A stretch of DNA of 64,000 nucleotides. Source: an uncultured bacterium (GTDB lineage: Bacteria > Babelota > Babeliae > Babelales > Babelaceae). A program made the translations under genes and the position numbers. The notes under the pieces are model-generated. The model was given only the letters and a program-made list of their open reading frames with translations, did no database searches and was not told where the DNA came from. Shown piece after piece: positions 1-10,806 of the stretch (the stretch's first letter is position 1; the number at the start of each line of letters is the position of its first letter). The stretch spans positions 32,001 to 96,000 of the forward strand of contig CAWGPQ010000017.1 in the NCBI GenBank assembly GCA_963824495.1, written 5' to 3'.

Positions 1-1
1 C

Positions 2-571
2 TTTAGCAATTACTGTAGTGCTTATACCTGGAAGGTAGTAAGCTGGATTACAGGACCGATAATGGTTAAAATTAATCTTGATTGTGTGGGAAGAGGACCT
101 GCAGCACAAAGGGTTGAACCTTCAATTAAAGTTACCCCTGTTCCCGGCGAGCCTTGGGGCCAGACAACCTTTTTAACACCTAAGGTAACCACCATAAAAG
201 CTGGGGGATTCGAGGTTGGTTGTTGTATTAAGGACGTAGAGATGTATCCTCCTAACCATCCAGAACAATCAACTAAGTTATCCGTAAAATCTATTACTGC
301 GGAAGCAGCTGACAAAATAGCAAAAGATATAGCAAAGTATGACGCAGAGACTGTTGGCGGAAGTGCTATTGTTTTAAGCCCCTTAGGTTGGATAGGAGCT
401 TTCGCTCCTTATGCAGGTATTCTTGTTACAGAAATAGCTGCAACCGCAGGTGGCTCAATTATAGCAGGCATAACAGCTCTAGGAATTGATGCATATCAGA
501 GATGTTCAAGTCAGCAACTGTTAATTGCCGGCGATGCTGCATACAGGGAAAGATGGCCTAACTTGATTTGA
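2..571 (+). CDS. Hypothetical protein, 5'-truncated by window edge; Gly/Ala-rich hydrophobic C-terminal segment
   Basis: Frame is open from position 2 (FSNYCSAYTWKVVSWITGPIMVK...) to the stop at 571; no recognisable family. Confidence 0.6.
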   Translation, partial: FSNYCSAYTWKVVSWITGPIMVKINLDCVGRGPAAQRVEPSIKVTPVPGEPWGQTTFLTPKVTTIKAGGFEVGCCIKDVEMYPPNHPEQSTKLSVKSITAEAADKIAKDIAKYDAETVGGSAIVLSPLGWIGAFAPYAGILVTEIAATAGGSIIAGITALGIDAYQRCSSQQLLIAGDAAYRERWPNLI

Positions 572-1679
572 TGGCTACCCATAGGTCGTTTAATTGCTCT
601 TCAGAGGCAAGAGGTCTAAAAAGATGGAGTTTTTCCTGGTTATTGTGCATATATGACAAAAGATGCATAATTTCATGTTCATCATCAAGTAAGACAAGAA
701 CGTCATGGGTAGTAGGCAGAAACGCAAACGTGCGTACGTTATGTGCCATTATAGAGGAACGGTAGAGAAAATTAATAAATTTGTATGCCAAATCTTCATG
801 CTCACTTGCCGCAGTCATAGCAATATTTTCAAGCGTTACGAATGTCCCTTCTTGAGGAATAATAAAGTCAAGATAGGGATACTGGCGCATGCTGCGTAAA
901 ATATACGAACTTGATGCCACAGCAAGAGGAGATGTGCCGGTAATCAAAAAGTAATCAGGACGAAAATCAGTATATGCTTCTACCCATTTTTTCTGGGTGC
1001 TTAAGAGGTGTTTAACATGTCCCATTTGATCGGTGCTTATGTCATCTCGGGGCCCATAGAGATAATATGCAGCAAGTGCTACAGCTTCCAGAGGATCGTT
1101 GACCATAATAAGCTTGTCTTGTTTATGACTAATGCTAGTAGAAAGATCGGTAAAAATCATGCCCCATCTTACAGTCTGCTCGTTAAGATGCTCTTTATTA
1201 TAGCAAGTAGCATATCTGCGGTTAACACCAAAGCCAAAAATTTCGCAGGCATAAGGTAGGGAATAGGTAAATTCAGGGTCAATTTTAAATGGTTTAAATA
1301 ACGGATCAAGCGAATCAAGAATAGGTAGCTGTGTATGATCAAGCCTTTTTAAAAGATTGCGCTGAGCTAAAATTCTTACAGCATAATCAGATGGCATAAT
1401 AATATCGTAGCCCTTGCCACCTGTTGCTCGTAATGTGGCCAAGAGCTCTTCATTAGTTGAATAATAGCTGAGTTTAACGGTAATACCGGTTTCTTTTTCA
1501 AATACTTTAACACACGCAGGATCTATGAGTCCTCCCCAGGTAAAGACTTTTAACGTAGCGTGATCAATTCTGCGCTGGTAAAGCTTTGCAAGAGCAAGTG
1601 TCATAAAAATAATACTTATCCATGTTATAATGGCAAACAACCAAGCACTACCGATACGTAAGAAAACAGTATTTTTCAT
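558..1679 (-). CDS. potD: Spermidine/putrescine ABC transporter substrate-binding protein
   Basis: LKVFTWGG, FEKETGI, YDIIMPSDY, IPQEG motifs; last gene of the pot operon. Confidence 0.9.
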   Translation of the reverse strand: MKNTVFLRIGSAWLFAIITWISIIFMTLALAKLYQRRIDHATLKVFTWGGLIDPACVKVFEKETGITVKLSYYSTNEELLATLRATGGKGYDIIMPSDYAVRILAQRNLLKRLDHTQLPILDSLDPLFKPFKIDPEFTYSLPYACEIFGFGVNRRYATCYNKEHLNEQTVRWGMIFTDLSTSISHKQDKLIMVNDPLEAVALAAYYLYGPRDDISTDQMGHVKHLLSTQKKWVEAYTDFRPDYFLITGTSPLAVASSSYILRSMRQYPYLDFIIPQEGTFVTLENIAMTAASEHEDLAYKFINFLYRSSIMAHNVRTFAFLPTTHDVLVLLDDEHEIMHLLSYMHNNQEKLHLFRPLASEEQLNDLWVAIKSS

Positions 1680-2476
1680 AGCACAGTACCCCGCGCTCGT
1701 ATACGTAATGCTACATATATACCAAGTATTAAGCTGCTCAAAGCTAATAGTCCTGTTGATAATGCGCTCACGACTGGTGAAACGCCTGAACGAAGCATAG
1801 ATACAATATACAACGAAAGCGTTTGTACCGAGCTACCAGCACAAAAGTACGATATGACAAAATCGTCAAATGAAATAATAAATACCAGCAGACCCGCTGC
1901 AACAAGAGCTGGCCTGAGTAACGGCAGTGTTATCTTAAAGAATGTTTGAACCTGAGAGGCACCTAAGTCAAGCGATGCCTCGGTCAATCGATAATCAAGC
2001 TCAAGAAACCGCGTGTACACAATTGGCATAGCATAGCCAAGTCCTACTACGGTATAGGCTATAATTAATGTTATAAGCCCTAAGGGGACAGAAAGTATGG
2101 TAAATAAACTGAGTAAACCGACACCCAAGACAACTTCAGGAACCAATAAATTACCGTAAAATAAACGCAACAATCGTTCAGTGTGGCGCTGTTCTCTTTG
2201 AGTACCATAAAATATTAATGCAATGGACATTATCACGCTTAAGAAGGTAGCACAGCTCGAGACTATGAGCGAGTTAAAAAAAGCTTTCCAGAGATCGATC
2301 GATGAGGCGAGCTCGTAATACCACTTGAGCGAAAAACTATGCCATGGCGCAGGAAGCGCTGCATCATTAAACGAAAATATTACAAGCACAATAAGCGGAA
2401 TATAGAGTAAACTATATATACTGAGAAAGAACCAGACAGTACTTAACCGCGTAAGCATAGAGCGAACAGTATTCAT
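1676..2476 (-). CDS. potC: Spermidine/putrescine ABC transporter permease
   Basis: LYIPLIVLVIFSFN, EASLDLGA (EAA motif), SFDDFVIS; start placed at the Met at 2476. Confidence 0.9.
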   Translation of the reverse strand: MNTVRSMLTRLSTVWFFLSIYSLLYIPLIVLVIFSFNDAALPAPWHSFSLKWYYELASSIDLWKAFFNSLIVSSCATFLSVIMSIALIFYGTQREQRHTERLLRLFYGNLLVPEVVLGVGLLSLFTILSVPLGLITLIIAYTVVGLGYAMPIVYTRFLELDYRLTEASLDLGASQVQTFFKITLPLLRPALVAAGLLVFIISFDDFVISYFCAGSSVQTLSLYIVSMLRSGVSPVVSALSTGLLALSSLILGIYVALRIRARGTVL

Positions 2477-2480
2477 AGTA

Positions 2481-3356
2481 TTATAGATGCCCCCGTGGTT
2501 TTGTAAGTCTATGCATAAGCCTGTAGAGAATAAGCCCAACAATAAAAAGTATACTCAAACTTACTACGGTAAAGGCAGCTCCAGGAGCTATTGTATGCGA
2601 TGCAAGTATAGACCGTGCTATAACACTACCGACAAATACCTGTTTATCACCCCCCATAAATTCAGGGATAGCAAACTCTGCAAATGAAGGCACAAAGACA
2701 AGAAAGAACCCTGCTTGTATTCCCTGAATTGTTAACGGTATCATAACGCGACTAACTGTTTGCAACCAGGTAGCTCCCAAATCAAGCGAGGCCTCAATAA
2801 GCCGTTTATCAAATTTTTCTAAAAGCGAATAAATTGGCAGAACCATAAAAGGCAAATAATAATACACCATCATACCACCCGTAGCCCACGGTGTATTAAG
2901 AAGCGTTAAGGGTTCGTTAATAAGCCCTATTCTTATAAGAACGTTATTGAGAAGTCCATAACGGTCAAGTACAAAAAACCAGGCATATATATGCACAAGA
3001 AAGTTTGTCCAAAATGGTATAATAAGCAGAACTATACCAATGATTCGTAGAGGTTTATCCAACCGTGAAATACCATATGCTAGAGGGTAAGCAATCAGGA
3101 GACACATAGTCGCTGTGCATAACGCCAAACCTAATGATCGTACAATAACACGTAGATAAAGTGGTGTCAGCACATGAGCAAGATAACGTCCCGTAATCCC
3201 TATAACAACTCCTTGTTCAGATAGCTCTATGCTACTTAAAGCAAAAATTACTAAAAGTGGCACATATAAGAAGAGTATTTGCCAAAGTACTGGAAGACTA
3301 CCTACGAAAATAGGTAGCTGGCGATACAACATGTTTTTCACATTGATAAAATTCAT
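2481..3356 (-). CDS. potB: Spermidine/putrescine ABC transporter permease
   Basis: YPLAY, PFWTN, LPFMVLPIY, EASLDLGA. Confidence 0.9.
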   Translation of the reverse strand: MNFINVKNMLYRQLPIFVGSLPVLWQILFLYVPLLVIFALSSIELSEQGVVIGITGRYLAHVLTPLYLRVIVRSLGLALCTATMCLLIAYPLAYGISRLDKPLRIIGIVLLIIPFWTNFLVHIYAWFFVLDRYGLLNNVLIRIGLINEPLTLLNTPWATGGMMVYYYLPFMVLPIYSLLEKFDKRLIEASLDLGATWLQTVSRVMIPLTIQGIQAGFFLVFVPSFAEFAIPEFMGGDKQVFVGSVIARSILASHTIAPGAAFTVVSLSILFIVGLILYRLMHRLTKPRGHL

Positions 3357-4444
3357 CGCTCAAGCACTACCCCATTTTCTTTTTGCCAATAGAGATACAC
3401 TATATTATCATAATCAATAACCTGCTCAGGAAAATGCTCGTCATTCTGCTCAAATACTTGTAAACGTTGGTTATTCTTAAGCCGAATGTTATATTCAGTA
3501 GAGCGTCCGTGATAAACAATAGAGTCTACAATACCAGTCAGGCTATTGGAAAAGTTTTCACGAGTGTGCTTACTGATTAAAATTTTTTCCGGCCGTATGC
3601 TCATGACTACGTCAGCATTCTCATACATCCACTCTTTAAGTTTAGGGATATACACTTTAAAAAGACCGATGCCAGGTATTTCAAGAGCAGGATCATGCAG
3701 GGGTGATCGGAGTTTACCTCGTAAAATATTTGTTGTACCAACGAATTTAGCAACAAATGACGATACAGGGAACTCATAGATTTCTTTTGGTGTTCCGATT
3801 TGCTCAATTTCACCATGAGCATTCATGATGGCCATCTGATCAGCAACAGCAAGCGCCTCAAATTGATCATGCGTTACATATAAGAACGTTGTTTTAAGTT
3901 TTTCTTGAAGCTCAATAAGCTCAAGTAACACCCTTTCGCGAAGCTTAAAATCAAGTGCGGCAAGCGGCTCATCGAGCAATAGTACCTCTGGCTCATTAAT
4001 AATAGCTCGAGCAAGTGCCACCCGTTGCTGCTGCCCACCTGATAACTGGCTAATTGGTTTATAGATCTGAGCCTCCAAATGAACTGCTTTAAGTACGCGA
4101 AAAACTTTTTGTTTAATAAGAGCAGGTTGTAACTTTTTTATAACCTGGCTATAAGCAACATTATCAAAAACATTTAAGTGAGGAAATAGCGCATAATTTT
4201 GAAATATAGTATTAACGTGCCGCTGATTAATAGGCTTATAGGTAATATCTTCATCACCTAGATAAATACGACCAGAATCAACGGTTTCAAACCCAGCTAT
4301 AAGACGCAAGAGCGTTGTCTTACCGGATCCACTTGGCCCTAACAAGGCAAAAAATTTACCTGATGGCACAGTCAAGCTGAGATTCTCGATCACCTGTTCA
4401 CCGTTATATGATTTAGTAATATTTTCTAGCCGTATGCTTCTCAT
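3353..4444 (-). CDS. potA: Spermidine/putrescine ABC transporter ATPase
   Basis: Walker A GPSGSGKT, LSGGQQQR, LLLDEP, FQNYALFPH. Confidence 0.93.
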   Translation of the reverse strand: MRSIRLENITKSYNGEQVIENLSLTVPSGKFFALLGPSGSGKTTLLRLIAGFETVDSGRIYLGDEDITYKPINQRHVNTIFQNYALFPHLNVFDNVAYSQVIKKLQPALIKQKVFRVLKAVHLEAQIYKPISQLSGGQQQRVALARAIINEPEVLLLDEPLAALDFKLRERVLLELIELQEKLKTTFLYVTHDQFEALAVADQMAIMNAHGEIEQIGTPKEIYEFPVSSFVAKFVGTTNILRGKLRSPLHDPALEIPGIGLFKVYIPKLKEWMYENADVVMSIRPEKILISKHTRENFSNSLTGIVDSIVYHGRSTEYNIRLKNNQRLQVFEQNDEHFPEQVIDYDNIVYLYWQKENGVVLER

Positions 4445-4450
4445 AGCTTA

Positions 4451-5167
4451 TCACACGCTCTTATCACGAGCAAAATAGAGTGGCACAACAATATCAGAAA
4501 CGGTACAGGGTACCACAACAGCAATAACTAACAGAAAAAATAATAAGCCCATAAATCCATGCCATTCATCAAACCCATGCGATACGACATAAAACAATGA
4601 TGCTAGCGAACTAATAAGAATATGAACAAAATGGGACTTAAGCGAAAAAAGCCCAAGCGACGATGCGTGACTATGGCGCATTGCCAAACCTGTCACGAGC
4701 CCAATAAGCATTAACGGTATAACATTCATCAAATCATGCCATGATAAAAAACAGATATGCACATGCATACCTACACCTAAGAGACGTCCCGCAATGGCAG
4801 GTAGTATAACGTCAGAAAGAGTACAAAAAATTGCCGGAGAAATAAGCGACACCGCTATACCTTTCAACAATTTGGGGGAAAAGCGTGAAAAGGCAACCAT
4901 CGTTCCCATAACCGCATAAACAATGTGCAGGTAGTGAAACGAGTGAAACATCACATGATACCCTTTTCTCATAACAAGTGGCTCATGAATAGTAAGCCCA
5001 ATAAAATAGAGTATACTCAGAACAACAAAACCGCATGCTACAGAAAAAGCGGCAAAGGGCAAATGTGCCAGAAGCTCTGTGTATACCACATGGCTATAGC
5101 CGCCAGTGGCGATGCGTGTATGCGTATGATGATCATTATGACTGTGATGAACTTGGTTATCTTCCAT
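4451..5167 (-). CDS. His-rich multi-pass membrane protein of unknown function
   Basis: About 6 hydrophobic segments and several His clusters; ends 6 nt upstream of potA; ATG at 5167 preferred over TTG at 5197. Confidence 0.75.
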   Translation of the reverse strand: MEDNQVHHSHNDHHTHTRIATGGYSHVVYTELLAHLPFAAFSVACGFVVLSILYFIGLTIHEPLVMRKGYHVMFHSFHYLHIVYAVMGTMVAFSRFSPKLLKGIAVSLISPAIFCTLSDVILPAIAGRLLGVGMHVHICFLSWHDLMNVIPLMLIGLVTGLAMRHSHASSLGLFSLKSHFVHILISSLASLFYVVSHGFDEWHGFMGLLFFLLVIAVVVPCTVSDIVVPLYFARDKSV

Positions 5168-5383
5168 AACACCTAGCGTTAGTAGATTACTATACAATTT
5201 TTATGGTACACTGGAGAAAAATTTCTACCAAATGCACGAGAAGGATCGAACAGATAAAAAAATAAAGAGCACCCGAATACTTTTCTCTAGTATTTTCCAG
5301 TATAGCACGATATATACAAATTGACTACTAAAGCTCTTGACTTAAAGGAAACAAACCCTTTGCTATCTAGACAGAGTTAGATA

Positions 5384-5413
5384 CTGGCCCAAGCTTGGCT
5401 CAGTTCGGGCCAG
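5384..5413 (-). terminator. Possible stem-loop downstream of the 5442..6944 gene
   Basis: ctggccc...gggccag inverted repeat; no clear U-tract. Confidence 0.3.
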
Positions 5414-5441
5414 CAATAGCTCTATTCTGTTATAGGTTCTA

Positions 5442-6944
5442 TCACCAACTGAGTATAAGTGAACCGAGCACCGTTGTTGAACGATAAGCATTGCGACGAG
5501 AGACTGGCTGCTGGTACAAAATGCCCGTAGTAACACACTCAGCTATATCATAGTTAAATCCAATATTAATAACAGAATACTCAAATTTTGATTCTTCCCT
5601 CAGCTTTTGCGTAAGAACACAGCATTTCCTTCGCGGACATAATGAGCGAATTTTAAAGCAGTCTTCACTATGACTTACCATAACATACTGAATCCAAACA
5701 GATAATCGCTCAAGAAAGTGATAGGCACTTAAGGTAACCCCAAAGTTCCAGTTTCGCCCGGGCGAGATTTGGACTGTCGCCCTGCGTGGGAATATCCCTT
5801 GCTGGAGCTGATTTGTTGGCACGGGGTAATTTCTGTGCACACGGCTTGTAAAATGCGTTAGGCTTCCTTCAAGGGCAACTTCAAAAAATTCAACAAAATC
5901 AATCGTAAAGCCGGCAGTTGCGCCTATAGAGGCATGACCATCATTACCTAGCGGCAAACTAAAGAGCTGACATGGTCGCCTTTTCTTGGCTGTTGGAAGA
6001 CTTAACTCAAGCGAAACAAATGGCATAAATAAGAAATATGGCCATTCCGGTCGACAATAGTTCAATGGATAGAGGCGGCGCCAGGTGAGTATAAACCGTG
6101 TATCTTCTAAGCCAAACGTATGAAACTCACGAATATTAAAGCCGAGTGTTCGTGCAATTACATCAATACGCTTAGTAATTCTATTGATAACAAGCTCTTT
6201 ACAGGCACAATCATAAACATCAACACAGCAACTAGCATTGATACAAGCAGCTCCAGCACCTGGTTGAGTATCAACATTCGAACAACTATCTTGAGGCGTT
6301 GCTCCCGTACAATCTCTAACAGGGCACATAACACCGGTTGCTGAACAGGTAAGATCAAAAAAATCAGGCAGCTGCCGTATATCTGATAACCCCGTCTGAA
6401 TCTGCAATACCAAATCGCAACCAAACCTGATATCCCCTTGGAACCTCGCACCATATTTACGATATTTTATAGCCACATCAAGAAAGCCAAAGCGCTGTGT
6501 TGTATCGTTAAATGCCGGATCAAAGATCCCAGTGCACGTTGTTTTTAAATCAGTACAGTTAATATCAAGCGCGCATAAGAGCCTCTTGCGAATAACCGGG
6601 TCATAAAAAAGCGCAATAACGTTCCAGGGCCCAAGCAAGTCACCTAAATTAACGTTGATAGGCATATTAGGCACACCGCAGGGGATGACGTTATCGAAAG
6701 CACCGCCACAACGAGCTGTTTGCATAAATCCTGAAAATGCGACACGGTAACTATCGTAGCAGGTCTCAAGGCACCCTTCACCTTTCCAACGACGCTTAGT
6801 ACAAGTAAGAAGAAAATCGTGAGGATCATATGATGTATAAAGAGGATAAGGATCGTTTCGAGCAAGACTACTGATGCCATAGATAGGCACCTGCAAGCTT
6901 ATAAGTGTAAGAAGAAGCCCCATGGCATAACGCAATGCAGTCAT
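5442..6944 (-). CDS. Secreted Cys-rich protein, possible outer-membrane beta-barrel
   Basis: Signal peptide, many Cys, amphipathic beta-strand pattern in the C-terminal half, terminal Trp. Confidence 0.7.
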   Translation of the reverse strand: MTALRYAMGLLLTLISLQVPIYGISSLARNDPYPLYTSYDPHDFLLTCTKRRWKGEGCLETCYDSYRVAFSGFMQTARCGGAFDNVIPCGVPNMPINVNLGDLLGPWNVIALFYDPVIRKRLLCALDINCTDLKTTCTGIFDPAFNDTTQRFGFLDVAIKYRKYGARFQGDIRFGCDLVLQIQTGLSDIRQLPDFFDLTCSATGVMCPVRDCTGATPQDSCSNVDTQPGAGAACINASCCVDVYDCACKELVINRITKRIDVIARTLGFNIREFHTFGLEDTRFILTWRRLYPLNYCRPEWPYFLFMPFVSLELSLPTAKKRRPCQLFSLPLGNDGHASIGATAGFTIDFVEFFEVALEGSLTHFTSRVHRNYPVPTNQLQQGIFPRRATVQISPGRNWNFGVTLSAYHFLERLSVWIQYVMVSHSEDCFKIRSLCPRRKCCVLTQKLREESKFEYSVINIGFNYDIAECVTTGILYQQPVSRRNAYRSTTVLGSLILSW

Positions 6945-7175
6945 TACTATCCTTTCATAGTTACCCAGCCCTTTTAGCTTATAGTATCTTCTATCAAAGA
7001 ACCGTCAACTTCACAATCCCTCTCATTTGTTTTTAATAGCACCTCAATAAGAATTATCTAGCGCAAGCGTTTTTATTACTTTTATTGCAATTTTTAATTG
7101 CCATATGATACTATTAAATTATTAAGCCGTATCTTATAGTTAATATTTGTTAATAGCAGAACATAAGAACGTAGA

Positions 7176-7620
7176 ATGAAACAAATTATTTCTAAAGTTA
7201 TTTTTACAAGCATAGTCTTTAATGCAATTTTTAGTTTAGAATGGGCCCCTTTATCGCTTGCCCAACAAACATTATATCCAAATAAGTTACTGCTTAATGC
7301 AGCAAGAATAGGCGATGCAAAAGCTGTGAAAAAAGCCATTTCTCAAGGTGCCAATGTTAACTATGCCAATGCTAATGGCTATACAGCTCTCATAATCGCG
7401 GCTTGGCTTGGTCATACAGATATATGAGGTTAACTATGCCGCTAATAATGGCACTACCGCTCTTATAATTGCAGCAGGACATGGGCATATAGATATAGTC
7501 AGGTTACTTATAGAGCACAATGCTGATGTTAATGCTGCGGGTGGGCTTGCTCTCACTTTGGCAACTCAAAAAGGATATACTGATATAGTTACCGTGCTTC
7601 GACAGCATGGTGCTCGTTAA
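7176..7620 (+). pseudogene. Ankyrin-repeat protein with signal peptide, frameshifted
   Basis: ANK repeat breaks after GHTDI at ~7424 and resumes in another frame (EVNYAANNGTTALIIAAGHGH). Confidence 0.75.
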
Positions 7621-7674
7621 ACTTGATCGACCGGCTGCTTTGTTTTAAGTCGGCCCAGTTAATAAGAGCACTTT

Positions 7675-8874
7675 TTATAGACGTGGGTACAAAGCTTGTA
7701 TCACGCCATCAAAAGCACAAATAAATATAAGAGCTGCTGCTATAAGACCAAGTGTGCCAATAACTTTGTCTGAAGTACGGCCGTTCTTATAGGGAAGTAC
7801 GAGGGGAACAATAGAAAGCGCAAGCCCAACGATAATAAAGAGAGCAGTTAAACTAAAAAATAAATTTAAGCTCTTAAACGCAAGGGCACTAATACCGACA
7901 GCCAAACCAATCACAAGCACTGCCTGGCGCTGGGTTAACTGAAACGATGCCCCTCCTATACGCTTGGCGCATGCAATAAGTAATGCACTTAATGACCAGA
8001 TCATCGAGTGTACCGTACCCATAATCGTTACTAAAATACCACAATGTATTCCCTTAACAAGCCATGACTGTTGCGGAAATGCTTGTAGTAAAACATGTGA
8101 AAGTGGTACGGTAGCATCGGTAAAATAGGCACGTGGCAAGGCAAGAAATATAGAAACAACAAAGAGCAAGTAGACTGCACTTGTTATAATAATAGCGTAG
8201 GTAATGGCACGGGCAACATTCTTTTCGGGTCTATTGACTAAAGAATAGAGTGATGCAGCTGCCTCAAACCCAAAAAATCCAAATACTACAGCTTTAGTTG
8301 CTGCAAAGATATTTTTTAAGCCATAGGGCATAAACGGTACAAGATTTGCAAAACTCGCTTTGGTCAAACAGAGCACCGTTATCGCTACCAAAGGCAGAAT
8401 AGTAAAAATAATTAAAACAATTTGACCGGCTTTCGAGAGCACAGCTCCCGCCATATTTAAAACAACAAGAAGCGCAAGAGAGAGCAAGCCAAGTACTTGG
8501 GCAGAATACTGAGGTATAACTTCATGCAGATAACTACCCGTAATACGCGTAAGCAATCCAAGCGCAATAGTTAGACCAATCAAATAAGCACCTGCAGCAA
8601 TAACACCAAGCGTGTGGCCACCCCATTGCTTGGCGTACACGTAAAATGATCCTTCCTCTGGATATCGCTCAGCAACACGTGCCAACGAGAGCGCCATAAA
8701 CCATACCGCAACAATAACAAGAGCGTAGGTTAGAATACCAGCTGGACCAACCGATAACTGAAGCTGTGCCGGAATGGTAAAAATTGAGGCACCAATCATA
8801 GCGTTTACGCCAATGATTGTCGCCATCGTAACGCCAATCTTTTGCTTAGACTTCTGATTATGTTGTGTCGCCAT
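7675..8874 (-). CDS. APC family amino acid permease
   Basis: MIGASIF, EGSFYVY, FGFFGFE motifs; about 12 TM segments. Confidence 0.88.
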   Translation of the reverse strand: MATQHNQKSKQKIGVTMATIIGVNAMIGASIFTIPAQLQLSVGPAGILTYALVIVAVWFMALSLARVAERYPEEGSFYVYAKQWGGHTLGVIAAGAYLIGLTIALGLLTRITGSYLHEVIPQYSAQVLGLLSLALLVVLNMAGAVLSKAGQIVLIIFTILPLVAITVLCLTKASFANLVPFMPYGLKNIFAATKAVVFGFFGFEAAASLYSLVNRPEKNVARAITYAIIITSAVYLLFVVSIFLALPRAYFTDATVPLSHVLLQAFPQQSWLVKGIHCGILVTIMGTVHSMIWSLSALLIACAKRIGGASFQLTQRQAVLVIGLAVGISALAFKSLNLFFSLTALFIIVGLALSIVPLVLPYKNGRTSDKVIGTLGLIAAALIFICAFDGVIQALYPRL

Positions 8875-8944
8875 GGGTTGCTTATCCTGTTGTTAATAGT
8901 TAAACTTATTGTTAAACTAATATTTTATAAATTACTAAAAGTGT

Positions 8945-9202
8945 ATGATGTATTGCGCCTATTATCAAGCTCATGTGCGCCCGGAAGAAACGTGGTTCTT
9001 TACTGCAGTGCTGCGAAGTTATGAACACTTAGCTTTTGATCGCACACTTGTTCCTAAAGAAGGTCTCTTTGAGTTTTTTGTTCCTGAAGATCTAGAGCAC
9101 TATTTTTTAGAAATCATGCAGTATTTTGAACAGTGCCATATAATTTCAAATATAACAAAACTGCCTAATCGATTAGAAAATCCCCAAGAATCACTGAGTT
9201 AA
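8945..9202 (+). CDS. Small conserved protein, DUF4911-like
   Basis: LRSYEHLAFDRTL pattern recalled from DUF4911 proteins. Confidence 0.55.
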   Translation: MMYCAYYQAHVRPEETWFFTAVLRSYEHLAFDRTLVPKEGLFEFFVPEDLEHYFLEIMQYFEQCHIISNITKLPNRLENPQESLS

Positions 9203-10624
9203 TCTTTGCAGTCGTACATATGACTTAGCAGGTTCAAGCATAACAAGTAAATCTTTTACGCTAGGGCCCTGCGGGGATCCCATAAGAACAAGACGTATAA
9301 GAGCCCATATATCACTCATGCGTAAGTTAAGCTTTTTTCCCGCTTGTGTAACACGTTGTATCAAATCAGCAGTATTAAAATTTTCCGGTGAATATACGCT
9401 CAAGATATCACGGAAGAATGTCTTATAGGTAGCATAACCATGTGTATCAAGCTGCTCATTACTTACGGTAGGCTGCTTAAAATAAAACTCAAGAAGCGCA
9501 ACACTATCATTAAGCGTTACCAAATTAGGATGAATAAGCGCTATAAGCTGTTCGAGCTTTGCTATGCTTATAGTAGAAGCTTCAGGATATGCAGCGACAA
9601 GCCTATCTTGACATCGTTGGGCTAGAGCTAGACTATCCAGTTGCGCTATCCATTTATGGTTGAGCCAACGAAGCTTTTCTAGATCATAGCGAATTTGACC
9701 AACTGAGGTGAGTGCTTGCGGATTAAACGTCTCTGCAAGCTTGTGTAAACTCATGATTTCGTGTTCAAATGAACCACCAATTATTGCAAGGTAGTTGCAG
9801 ATTGCTTCGGAAATAAAGCCTGCTTGTATCAAATCACCAAGAGAGAAACCAAAGTCTCGCTTAGAAAGTTTTTTGCCTTCGTGATTACATATAATAGGTA
9901 AATGCCAAAATACCGGTAAAGGTGCAGCAAATGCTTGGTAAAGCGCTGCTTGAATAGCTGTATTGCTCAAATGATCTTCACCACGGAACACATGGGTAAT
10001 TGCCATAGATAAGTCATCAACAAAATTTGCAAAAATAAACGTAAAACTTTTATCTTGACGAGTCAAGGCAAAATCGGAAAAGTGTCTAAGATCATATTCA
10101 ACGGTTCCCCGTGCAAGGTCAATAATTTTAATCTGCTCGTCTGGGAGCCTAAATCTCCAAATAAACGGTATCTCGTGGTCAAGATTTTCTTGAAGCTTTA
10201 CGGAAGAAATACCGAGACACAGTCGATCATAGCGCGGAGGAAGCTTACAAGCACGCTGGCGTTGGCGTTTTTTCTCAAGCTCTTCTTCGGAACAAAAGCA
10301 TCGGTATACAAGCCCTTTATCTTGTAAATACTTAAGGTGCTCTTGATATATTAAAGTCCGCTCCGACTGAAAATAGGGAGCATAGGGCCCCCGAATTAAG
10401 GGACCCTCGTCATACGTTAGCCCAAGCCATGCTAAATCTTCAAGAATACGTTTGCCTTGAGGATCTATCATACGTTGAACGTCAGTATCCTCAATACGTA
10501 TAATAAATATACCATGGTGGTGACGAGCAAAGAGATAATTTATTAATGCTGCACGTACATTACCTAAATGCATAAAGCCTGTTGGCGCAGGAGCAAAACG
10601 TACACGCACACGGTCATTAGCCAT
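9191..10624 (-). CDS. gltX: Glutamate--tRNA ligase
   Basis: RFAPAPTG-HLGN (HIGH), RIEDTD, RGEDH, KLSKR (KMSKS). Confidence 0.95.
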   Translation of the reverse strand: MANDRVRVRFAPAPTGFMHLGNVRAALINYLFARHHHGIFIIRIEDTDVQRMIDPQGKRILEDLAWLGLTYDEGPLIRGPYAPYFQSERTLIYQEHLKYLQDKGLVYRCFCSEEELEKKRQRQRACKLPPRYDRLCLGISSVKLQENLDHEIPFIWRFRLPDEQIKIIDLARGTVEYDLRHFSDFALTRQDKSFTFIFANFVDDLSMAITHVFRGEDHLSNTAIQAALYQAFAAPLPVFWHLPIICNHEGKKLSKRDFGFSLGDLIQAGFISEAICNYLAIIGGSFEHEIMSLHKLAETFNPQALTSVGQIRYDLEKLRWLNHKWIAQLDSLALAQRCQDRLVAAYPEASTISIAKLEQLIALIHPNLVTLNDSVALLEFYFKQPTVSNEQLDTHGYATYKTFFRDILSVYSPENFNTADLIQRVTQAGKKLNLRMSDIWALIRLVLMGSPQGPSVKDLLVMLEPAKSYVRLQRLTQ

Positions 10625-10806
10625 AAGAATCCTTTAGTATGCTTATACAATTATCTAGTATAGCTCATTTTCTTAACTTACGCTATTTTTCAAACCAAGA
10701 AAAGCCTACCTATCATGCTATTTAAGTAAACATGAGAAATAAATTTTGACAGTTGGCAAGCCTATTTGCTAGCTTCATCCCAATGCTAAAAAAAGGAGAG
10801 TACGTT

